A stretch of 35,264 bases of DNA from a virus (lineage: Duplodnaviria; Caudoviricetes): the IMG/VR virus record IMGVR_UViG_3300035135_002682, positions 1-35,264 of that record; one strand, written 5' to 3'. The notes under the pieces are model-generated. The model saw only the letters and a program-made list of their open reading frames with translations. It was not told the origin of the DNA and did no database searches. Both the position numbers and the translations under genes were made by a program. Within the stretch, counting starts at the first letter, position 1; every line of letters begins with the position of its first letter. Below, in pieces: positions 1-7,321 of this stretch.

Positions 1-1269
1 GTCAGGATTTCCTTGATATACATCAGAAGGAACAGTCATGTCAATACCACGTCTTTGACGATATGTTGCTTGTTCGAGCATCTCACCTTCTGGTTCAAAT
101 GAATTTTGAAGTCCAAGATATCTTTGCGATGCTGCACTAGGTCCTTTATTAAAATAAGTATGCTTTGGCATTGATGCAGAACCAGGAAGAATTTTGTTAA
201 TTCGTTCTACCTTCTTTGCATTTGCTCTATTTGTTGCATCAACTGCATCCTGAGCAAGACGAATTGGATTTGGGATTGGTGTTGGTCCAAGATAACCATC
301 ACCTGGTTTCTCTTGAAGGTCTTGTCTCCAGTTTGAAAAAGATTCTTGTCTCACGTTCCTTGCCTTCCCTTTTCTGTTTGCATTTGGATCTTCTTTACGC
401 TTTTTGCGTGCTCTCTTATTTCTCTCTTCCTTACTCATTGCTGCACGATCATCTGCATCGCGACAGTATGGTTTGGTCTTTTGACCTTTTTGTTTTGCAC
501 AGGGTTTACCATCATATTTACCACCTGCTTGTACCCATCCACCACCTTTGAACCAGTCGCGGAGTGAATAACCTTTGTCCTTAGCAGACTTACCGTCACG
601 CTTTTCGGTGATAACTTCTTCAGGAATGGTTACACTACCAGATGTAGTCTTTACATTCTCTGCTTTTTTCTTAGCAGCATCATATGCAGCAGCAGTGCCT
701 CTCGCCTTATTGACCAACGTTTCAGCATATCGTTCTGCTTTTTGTTGCAGAGTCCCTTCATCCATATATCCTGCAGCAGCATCAGTGTCGTGTGCTGTAT
801 CCGTAATCTTTGCTTGCATCCAAGCAGGAAGATCTTTTTCTTTTTTACCTAATGCTTTTCTCAACTTTGCAATATTTTCTGCCGACTTCTTAAGTTGGCT
901 TTGTGCCATCGCAACTTCATGATCGCCGCCTTTTGCTTCGTTCATTTTTCTACCCCGACAGTGTGCCCTCTGGGAGAATCCTTTTGGATTATCGCAATCG
1001 ATGGACTTTTTGTATTTTGCACTCCACGCCTCTGATACTCCTCCGCCATTAGAGCCCCCATTAGACCCCCCATTCCCATTTCCATTGCCATTTGAACCAT
1101 TTCCGTTGCCATTCGTCTTCTTGCCTTCAGTTTCTTCAGAAGATTTCTCTTCTTCCTTTTCTTTGCGGAGCCAACCACCCATTCCAACGACATATCCCAT
1201 AGGGATTTTCTTACACTTCTTAGAAGCGTAACAATAGTAATATCCCTGCTTACAGGATTTCTTCGCCAT
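1..1269 (-). CDS. Modular basic hypothetical protein downstream of gp16, possibly head-packaged (partial, at least 423 aa, runs off the window)
   Basis: Not in the ORF track because it has no stop inside the window. Manual translation from the ATG at 1269 (TAATG overlap with the gp16 stop) is open to position 1: MAKKSCKQGYYYCYASKKCKKIPMG...NGNGNGSNG...VSEAWSAKYKKSIDCDNPKGFSQRAHCRGRKMNEAKGGDHEVAMAQSQL...SFSNWRQDLQE...NSFEPEGEMLEQ. Late-promoter motif CTAAATA lies about 23 nt upstream. Confidence 0.9.
   Translation of the reverse strand, partial: MAKKSCKQGYYYCYASKKCKKIPMGYVVGMGGWLRKEKEEEKSSEETEGKKTNGNGNGSNGNGNGNGGSNGGSNGGGVSEAWSAKYKKSIDCDNPKGFSQRAHCRGRKMNEAKGGDHEVAMAQSQLKKSAENIAKLRKALGKKEKDLPAWMQAKITDTAHDTDAAAGYMDEGTLQQKAERYAETLVNKARGTAAAYDAAKKKAENVKTTSGSVTIPEEVITEKRDGKSAKDKGYSLRDWFKGGGWVQAGGKYDGKPCAKQKGQKTKPYCRDADDRAAMSKEERNKRARKKRKEDPNANRKGKARNVRQESFSNWRQDLQEKPGDGYLGPTPIPNPIRLAQDAVDATNRANAKKVERINKILPGSASMPKHTYFNKGPSAASQRYLGLQNSFEPEGEMLEQATYRQRRGIDMTVPSDVYQGNPD
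1039..1113 (-). repeat. Low-complexity Asn-Gly coding repeat (AATGGN-type hexamers), flexible linker
   Basis: Encodes NGNGNGSNGNGNGNGGSNGGSNGGG within the 1..1269 ORF. Confidence 0.85.
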
Positions 1270-1700
1270 TACTTAGGAGTATCTTCTGTATTATTTAGAA
1301 AACCTTGTTTCAATAGTTTTGATAATTCTGAGGTTGATCCAACAAACAAAGCGTTGTTTGTAACATTGTTTGGACCTTTTTTAGTATTATCTTCTTCGAG
1401 ATCTTTTAATTTCTTTTGCAAGTCTGCTAACTTATCAGTTGTATCTGCAACGCTCTTGATAAGTTGACCTGCAACTTCATATGCTCTAGGACTTGCACTT
1501 TCACCTGCAAGTTCCATAATACCATTTATTGCTTCCTGACCTTTTTCAATTAACGAATATAAGTTTGCTCTCGTGTACTCGTAGTCCTTTTTAATGTCAT
1601 CTTTTTCCACTTTAGGTGGAACAGGTTTCATTGGTTTTGATTCAACAATACTACTCTCAATATCGAGTGCTTCATCAATGGACTCATAACTATTACTCAT
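1269..1700 (-). CDS. gp16: Terminase small subunit
   Basis: DYEYTRANLYSLIEKGQEA, SPRAYEVAGQL and C-terminal NNALFVGSTSEL are typical T4-like gp16 motifs; lies directly after gp15. Confidence 0.95.
   Translation of the reverse strand: MSNSYESIDEALDIESSIVESKPMKPVPPKVEKDDIKKDYEYTRANLYSLIEKGQEAINGIMELAGESASPRAYEVAGQLIKSVADTTDKLADLQKKLKDLEEDNTKKGPNNVTNNALFVGSTSELSKLLKQGFLNNTEDTPK
1292..1298 (-). promoter_or_regulatory. T4-type late promoter (CTAAATA) in the 3' end of gp16, serving the downstream modular ORF
   Basis: Matches the gp55-dependent TAAATA core about 23 nt upstream of the ATG at 1269. Confidence 0.6.
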
Positions 1701-1705
1701 TTTAC

Positions 1706-2551
1706 TCAGACGTCAATTTTACGAACTGGACTAAAGTTCTTAGCATCCGCAAAGAACTCTGTTGTTTCCGAGAATCCAAAATCATCACCTGGTTGTAATA
1801 ACTTATGATCTTCCTCGTTTATTACACCATCATTGTTTCTATCAACTTTTGATGTTGGTGTAACAGTATATCTAACTTCTCTCTTAGCAGTTTTCGTATC
1901 AGTGCTGGTATACATATCAACTTGAACCTTACGAATAAGACCATCAGTGGTATCAGCAACAGGACCGAAGAGGTAAGTTTTTGCTGTAAACTGTAATGTA
2001 TGTATTAAAGCACGTCTTGTATCAAAATTTCCTTCATAATCATCTTGAAATCCTACACTCTCTAAAATGATCGGAATATCTCTTTTTTCACCAATAGAGT
2101 CAATCAAATCAATAGTTAAGTTAAAATTTGGTTGGAAATATGGTAATATCTGTTCTAAAATTTGTAATGAATCATCATTTAATTTTGAAAGAATATTTAA
2201 CTCAAATCCAATATTATATGGAACTGGCATAAACACTTTCTTTGCTCTGCTCCCATCATCACATGTTTTAAAAGTTTGAACTAAACTTGACTTTCTGGTA
2301 GCATCATAATTGATAGATGTCATTTCAAATGACATTCTTGGCATAGTAATTTGAACTGCTTTATTCAAATCTGCCTGTTGTGTTATTCTTGATAGAAATT
2401 TTTGACTAGGTCCATATGCTAATGGAACTTTTATTTCACTAAAATTCGTTCCATCTTCTCCCTGGTGGCGAATACGGATATCATTGAATAAAGTACCAAA
2501 CGCAATGATGGTCTTTCTAACAATTTCGTGATAATAATATGTTCCTAGCAT
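1706..2551 (-). CDS. gp15: Tail sheath stabilizer / tail completion protein
   Basis: YYYHEIVRKTIIAFGTLFNDI, KVPLAYGP, PRMSFEM, PVPYN and QILEQILPYFQP motifs; gp13-14-15-16 synteny. Confidence 0.95.
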   Translation of the reverse strand: MLGTYYYHEIVRKTIIAFGTLFNDIRIRHQGEDGTNFSEIKVPLAYGPSQKFLSRITQQADLNKAVQITMPRMSFEMTSINYDATRKSSLVQTFKTCDDGSRAKKVFMPVPYNIGFELNILSKLNDDSLQILEQILPYFQPNFNLTIDLIDSIGEKRDIPIILESVGFQDDYEGNFDTRRALIHTLQFTAKTYLFGPVADTTDGLIRKVQVDMYTSTDTKTAKREVRYTVTPTSKVDRNNDGVINEEDHKLLQPGDDFGFSETTEFFADAKNFSPVRKIDV

Positions 2552-3990
2552 TAAAATGTCCCAAATGGATTGCTTTCAGAGAAATCTAAGAGATTATCTC
2601 CAAGAGTTTCAAACTCATCATTCTCGGTATATTTATCATAAATGTCATCATGACGATATGCTTGAACAGGATAAGATGCTCCAGACTCTTGTCCAACAAT
2701 ACTTTCTCCTGCAAAGAATTCTGCTTGAGTTGTTCCAATTCCAACATTAGAAATTTTAAGAATATTGGTATCTTTATCCCACTCTTTAACTCTTGCATAT
2801 GTTCCAGACCTAGAACCAATCACAATTTCATTGAATAGGTAAGTTCCAAGACCTGCAAGAGTCTCTGGATCTGCAATGGTAACTTGTGGACTAGAACTAT
2901 AACCTCTACCTGCATTTTCAATATAAATTGACTTGAGAACATTTGAAGTTCCATCACGTCCAATGGATGCAATACCGACAGCAGTGTGTGCAATACCACT
3001 TGAAGGTGGACCAGCAATCGTTACAACTGGTGCAGTTCCATATCCAACACCACCATCTGTAACAGTAAATCTTATAACACCTTGACCAGATGTGACGAGT
3101 CTACATGTTGCAGCAGCACCACTTCCTCCACCACCAGAGATAGTAATTGTTGGTGTAACTGTATATCCTGCACCAGCATTTGTAAGTAAGATTTTTTCAA
3201 GACCTGTAACTCCTGCCCTAGTGGTAAGGAAACCAACAGCAGTTGCAGTATCACCAATCTGACCAGTAGGTGATGATGAAAATATAATTTTCGGTGTAGA
3301 TGTGTAGTTACCACCATCATTATTCAGGAAAATTTCTTGAACATATCCACTTGGAACAGATCCTGAAATTTGTGCAGTTGCTGTAGCAGTTCTACCTACA
3401 CCAATTAATTGAAGTTGAGTGATAAATCCTTCATCTTGAACTTGAGTATCAATTGCTTCAATGGTTGTATCAATAACTTCATCTTCATATTCAAAGAGTT
3501 CACACTTAAGTTGATACACATAATTTTTACCCAACTGATAGAAGGGATCTTCATGTTCAACAAACTTTACTTCAAATAATCTTTGTCCTAGTGGAAAATA
3601 AACTAAATCACCTTCCCTTGGGCGAGTTGGAGTTGGCATGATCGAATCATCTGTTCCATCATCTTGCCCCGCCATAAATGGGGCAATAAAATCCTCAAAT
3701 CTTTCTTTTGAGATGGTTAGAATCAGTTCGTCGCGAACACTAACTCCAAACTTGGTTAAAATATCGCCAGCACCGCCGTATCCATCATATGTGTTCACAT
3801 ATGCTTCAATTGCAAAATTATCATCAAATTTTGAAGTTTGAACTTCTTCAAGTACAGTTTTTTTATTTACATATTTCCTTGGAATATACGTAACTTCCAC
3901 ACCATGCATTGCTAGGTGCTCGTTTATTAGATCTTGGACTAATCTTTGTTCAGATGCAGTCCCTTGAAGAAAGAACGGATTTAGTGCCAT
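2551..3990 (-). CDS. gp14: Neck protein with an internal beta-repeat insertion
   Basis: MALNPFF...EQRLVQDLINE, YIPR, RPREGDLVYFPL, LFEVKFVEHEDPFYQLGK and C-terminal DFSESNPFG motifs. Confidence 0.95.
   Translation of the reverse strand: MALNPFFLQGTASEQRLVQDLINEHLAMHGVEVTYIPRKYVNKKTVLEEVQTSKFDDNFAIEAYVNTYDGYGGAGDILTKFGVSVRDELILTISKERFEDFIAPFMAGQDDGTDDSIMPTPTRPREGDLVYFPLGQRLFEVKFVEHEDPFYQLGKNYVYQLKCELFEYEDEVIDTTIEAIDTQVQDEGFITQLQLIGVGRTATATAQISGSVPSGYVQEIFLNNDGGNYTSTPKIIFSSSPTGQIGDTATAVGFLTTRAGVTGLEKILLTNAGAGYTVTPTITISGGGGSGAAATCRLVTSGQGVIRFTVTDGGVGYGTAPVVTIAGPPSSGIAHTAVGIASIGRDGTSNVLKSIYIENAGRGYSSSPQVTIADPETLAGLGTYLFNEIVIGSRSGTYARVKEWDKDTNILKISNVGIGTTQAEFFAGESIVGQESGASYPVQAYRHDDIYDKYTENDEFETLGDNLLDFSESNPFGTF
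2630..2636 (-). promoter_or_regulatory. Late promoter (ATAAATA) in the 3' end of gp14, upstream of gp15
   Basis: ATAAATA about 80 nt upstream of the gp15 start. Confidence 0.5.
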
Positions 3991-4856
3991 TATCCAATAA
4001 AGTCGAGGGGTGGAAGTTCATATTCAGAAGACATTCGTGCTTTAATGTCTGCCAATTCTTGTTCTGCTTGTTGCAGAATACCATCACCATTCATCTCAAG
4101 ACCACCTGGAAGTTTGACTCCTCTAAATTTACTTAAATTTCTACCCCACTGACGTTTGATTAATGCAGTGAGATATGGTTTTAAGAAACTATCGTTATAA
4201 ATTTGTGAAAATGATGCAGGATCCAATGCTCTATAGCACTCAAGAATGATAAACTCTCCTGCTGATTGAGATCCCCAGTCAATATCCAAATATAATCTAT
4301 CTTGTCTTTTGTTAAATCTTACTTGCTTATCTGGAGTGAGTAAAAAATCAATATCCTCAAGATAAGACTTAGTCATCGCATATTGCAACAACTCAACAGA
4401 GTTGAAGTAATACAAATCATTCAAAAATAGTTGATACTTAATACTGAACATTCCACCTGAGATGGAACTAGTATCAAACTTAAATATTTTTTCAACTCCA
4501 ATAACAGAGTCTGGAACTTGAATATAATTTGAATTTTCGTAGAAACTAAAAGTAGTTGCTGTTCCAACTATAGTAGAAGTTCCTGTTGTAAAGGTTACTC
4601 CAACACCTGCTTTTGGATCAACTGTATTTGATCCTGCTGAAGAAGCAGCACGTCCTCTATCAATATCTCCTTGAGTTATCTCATACTTGAGATACATTTT
4701 TTCAACACCATCATAGTGGCGTTCATTAAAATATTGAATTGCATCATCAACTAGATCATCAATCTGATCATCATCCACGTTGATTTCCAACACTGGAGCA
4801 CCAAGTTGACGCAAGCAATAATCGATTAGTCCTTGCCTAGTTGATGGTTTTGCCAT
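3990..4856 (-). CDS. gp13: Neck protein
   Basis: LIDYCLRQLGAPVLEINVDDDQIDD, ALIKRQWGRNLSKF and LPGGLEMNG motifs; lies directly before gp14. Confidence 0.95.
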   Translation of the reverse strand: MAKPSTRQGLIDYCLRQLGAPVLEINVDDDQIDDLVDDAIQYFNERHYDGVEKMYLKYEITQGDIDRGRAASSAGSNTVDPKAGVGVTFTTGTSTIVGTATTFSFYENSNYIQVPDSVIGVEKIFKFDTSSISGGMFSIKYQLFLNDLYYFNSVELLQYAMTKSYLEDIDFLLTPDKQVRFNKRQDRLYLDIDWGSQSAGEFIILECYRALDPASFSQIYNDSFLKPYLTALIKRQWGRNLSKFRGVKLPGGLEMNGDGILQQAEQELADIKARMSSEYELPPLDFIG

Positions 4857-4857
4857 A

Positions 4858-5043
4858 TTAACCTTCTAATTTTGCCTTGAGGTCTGCATTTTCTTGAAGC
4901 AGAGCATTTATTTGTTCTTGAAAATCTTGAGACATTGTTGCTAACTTTGCCTCAAGAAGAACGTTTTGATTTGATACTGCTGCTAGTTTAGAATTGTATA
5001 TTTTAATGAGAACATTAACATCCACTTCACTTTGATTTTCCAT
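4858..5043 (-). CDS. Small coiled-coil hypothetical protein (61 aa), possible fibre accessory or chaperone
   Basis: Heptad-like helical pattern; tightly packed between the fibre gene and gp13. Confidence 0.75.
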   Translation of the reverse strand: MENQSEVDVNVLIKIYNSKLAAVSNQNVLLEAKLATMSQDFQEQINALLQENADLKAKLEG

Positions 5044-5051
5044 TAATTACC

Positions 5052-6677
5052 TCAGAATGTACCCCCGTCCATTGTTGAAGTCCAATGGGGCTTATTAGTA
5101 TATATTACAGAAACTGCACTAGGAACTGAAGCAAGGTTAGCGATTGCGCCACTTTGTCCTTCTCTTCTCAAATTGTTTGAAGTATTAAATGTTCCCTCAA
5201 CACCAATCAAGTTGACAGTGCTACTATTAGTAACTCCAGATTCAACAACACCATATGCATTGGTACTATCTTGTCTGATAATATCACCAGTTGCTGCAGT
5301 AATATTTGCACCAAGAGTTAAAGTATTTTTGGTGATAGCAGTTAGAACTTGCTTAGAAGTAATAACTGGAGCAGCAGGTGCGTTTGTAGATCTTTGAAGA
5401 CCAGTGTCATCGAAGAATACAACACCACCAGTTGCAAAATCACCAGATTGATAATAGATACCTTTGATATCCAGGAAACCTTTAGTTCCTGTTACCAAAC
5501 TATTTGAAATAGTTGCATCAGGGACATAGGTCCATCTTCTGCTATCATCAGCATGAGTGCCGTGATTGTCTGCATCAGCAGCACTATCTGCAATAGAACT
5601 GTCATCAAAACCAAAGAAACCATCCTTGTTATTTGCAGTTCCAGTGCTTGTATTATATGTAAAAGAAATACCTCTATCAGTATTACTATCATATGCATGT
5701 GTGATAGTAACCTGTTCAGTTGTTGAGATACCAGCAGTTGAGCTTGCTGACATCGTAACAACTTTTGTTCCTGTGTTGTAAGCAGTAATGGAAGTATTAT
5801 TGGGAATACTTCCATGAGCAATGATATCTCCAGTGTTGATGCCAACAACAGAATCTAAAGTAATTACATTAGTTCCACTGGTATGCTCTGCCATCACCGT
5901 TCTGGTGCTGGTTACATCACCGAGGTGGAAGATAGCATCGTTTAATGTTGAAGTTGTGGAGTTAACAGTTGTTGTAGTACCATCAACTTGTAAGTCACCT
6001 TTGATAATAACCTTACCTTCATTACTCAATCCATCGGGATATGGATCAATGTAAAGTTCGTTGCCACCACCTGCATTGGTGGAAATGACATTTGAAGATA
6101 TGCCGATATTACCAATGTTAAGACCAGTGGTGATATTGACTTGAGTATTATAAGTCCACGCAGCACCTGTTACCTGTATCCCATTGACACCATTTTCATC
6201 ATATTCAATCTTTGCATCTTTATCATTACCAAATGTGAGGAAGGTATCATCAGGAATAACAACCTCTCCAGATCCATGTGGATCAAGGATGATATCTCCA
6301 TCAGTATTAGTAGATGAAATGGTGTTAGTATCTATTCTAAGGTTGTCTACGTTCCACTGATCAACCTTAAGTGATTCGGCACCACCCAAACCAGAGTTTG
6401 TTGCAGGTGCCATGATGGCAACAACACCCCTGTCTTGGTTTCTAGTATTATGAGACGCCGCTGGTATATTACCAGGGGTGTGCTCCATCATTGAGGTGTA
6501 GTAATAACCACCAATAGGATTGGCGTTAGTACCATCATCTCCAAGGAAAACTCTGTCCTTATATTGGTTTGTTCCTCCGTAACTACCAATACCAGTTACA
6601 TAACCAAATTCACCCCATTGTAAAGTAGCTGGTTTGCTAGTACCTGAGGATCTTTTAATCCTAATAATACTTGCCAT
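5052..6677 (-). CDS. Fibre-like structural protein (541 aa)
   Basis: N-terminus MASIIRIKRSSGT...P..L..GE; VDNLRIDTNTISSTNTDGDIILDP and GDLQVDGTTTTVNST fibre motifs; Gly/Thr/Ser-rich; ends MDGGTF. Occupies the wac-like position upstream of gp13. Confidence 0.8.
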   Translation of the reverse strand: MASIIRIKRSSGTSKPATLQWGEFGYVTGIGSYGGTNQYKDRVFLGDDGTNANPIGGYYYTSMMEHTPGNIPAASHNTRNQDRGVVAIMAPATNSGLGGAESLKVDQWNVDNLRIDTNTISSTNTDGDIILDPHGSGEVVIPDDTFLTFGNDKDAKIEYDENGVNGIQVTGAAWTYNTQVNITTGLNIGNIGISSNVISTNAGGGNELYIDPYPDGLSNEGKVIIKGDLQVDGTTTTVNSTTSTLNDAIFHLGDVTSTRTVMAEHTSGTNVITLDSVVGINTGDIIAHGSIPNNTSITAYNTGTKVVTMSASSTAGISTTEQVTITHAYDSNTDRGISFTYNTSTGTANNKDGFFGFDDSSIADSAADADNHGTHADDSRRWTYVPDATISNSLVTGTKGFLDIKGIYYQSGDFATGGVVFFDDTGLQRSTNAPAAPVITSKQVLTAITKNTLTLGANITAATGDIIRQDSTNAYGVVESGVTNSSTVNLIGVEGTFNTSNNLRREGQSGAIANLASVPSAVSVIYTNKPHWTSTMDGGTF

Positions 6678-6678
6678 G

Positions 6679-6906
6679 TCAGAAATTTCCTCCGTTGATG
6701 TCTAAATTCTGCGTTGCGCCTGGCGTCAGGGTAAGTGTTGCCTCCCATTTTCTGATGCTACTGTTGTAAACAAGCACCATACCATTCTGCAAGTTAGAAG
6801 CACTAACATCACTGAGCTCCGCCAAAGAGAGACCCTGGGCACCTGCAAGAGAAGATATTACTTTTACTGCTGGTTGTTGACCTACTCTGACTTTAATTTC
6901 AGCCAT
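6679..6906 (-). CDS. Small fibre-associated protein (75 aa)
   Basis: LAELSDV...NGMVLVYN...KWE fibre-repeat-like motif; ends DINGGNF; preceded by a TATAAATA late promoter. Confidence 0.8.
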   Translation of the reverse strand: MAEIKVRVGQQPAVKVISSLAGAQGLSLAELSDVSASNLQNGMVLVYNSSIRKWEATLTLTPGATQNLDINGGNF

Positions 6907-6934
6907 TTATGATATACAGATCAGGATGTAAATA

Positions 6935-6942
6935 TATTTATA
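6935..6942 (-). promoter_or_regulatory. T4 late promoter TATAAATA driving the fibre/neck operon
   Basis: Exact T4 late consensus 28 nt upstream of the ATG at 6906. Confidence 0.85.
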
Positions 6943-7117
6943 TTCCTTCAAGTCCCAATCTACCAACAACTTCTTGTTGCTTTAAATAAAGTTTGGCATA
7001 AGATTTGGCAATATCTTTTAAAATTTGCCTATCATCACAAGAATCAATTTCTTTAGCGAGTTTTGTATATTCAAAACTTTTAGAAAGATTGTCTAATGTA
7101 ATTTCATTTGGATCCAT
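6938..7117 (-). CDS. Small helical protein (59 aa), NblA-like candidate
   Basis: Better start at ATG 7117, with SD-like AGGGAG upstream: MDPNEITLDNLSKSFEYTKLAKEIDSCDDRQILKDIAKSYAKLYLKQQEVVGRLGLEGI. The ORF itself is well supported; the NblA resemblance is a pattern-level inference only. Confidence 0.65.
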   Translation of the reverse strand: MDPNEITLDNLSKSFEYTKLAKEIDSCDDRQILKDIAKSYAKLYLKQQEVVGRLGLEGI

Positions 7118-7319
7118 TTGTAAGCTCCCTAAGTAACGATTTGATTTCTTCAATATCCTTCTTAAGTATATCCAATTCTTCTCGTTCTGTCTGTCTTTTA
7201 CGTTTCATTCTCATATATTGATCGTAACTGGATCTATCATTGCTCACAATAGCTCCAGTATTACGATCTCTAAAGAGATGCATTTCTCCTTCAACAGGAA
7301 TTAAGTCTTCGTTATCCAT
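7104..7319 (-). CDS. Hypothetical protein (71 aa)
   Basis: IPVEGEMHLFRDRNTGAIV N-terminus with a C-terminal coiled coil; starts 2 nt after the VrlC-like stop. Confidence 0.8.
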   Translation of the reverse strand: MDNEDLIPVEGEMHLFRDRNTGAIVSNDRSSYDQYMRMKRKRQTEREELDILKKDIEEIKSLLRELTNGSK

Positions 7320-7321
7320 AA

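Noticed and set aside
216-1231. ORF-track calls 216..551+, 346..567+, 575..922+, 1001..1231+ and 942..1193-
   Set aside because: All are shadows or alternative frames of the longer minus-strand ORF 1269 to below 1, which has a coupled start and a late promoter.
6675-6690. Slippery heptamer A-AAT-TTC just before the stop of the 75-aa ORF, suggesting frameshift fusion to the fibre
   Set aside because: The fibre ATG is in the +1 frame. A -1 slip enters a different frame that stops within about 30 codons, so no fusion results.
7111-7120. Identical CAAATGGATC start context (MDPN) here and at 32871-32880
   Set aside because: Only about 11 nt match and the peptides are otherwise dissimilar; probably coincidence.
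7118-7153. Upstream extension of the NblA-like ORF in the ORF track
   Set aside because: It overlaps the upstream gene further; the ATG at 7117 has a good SD.
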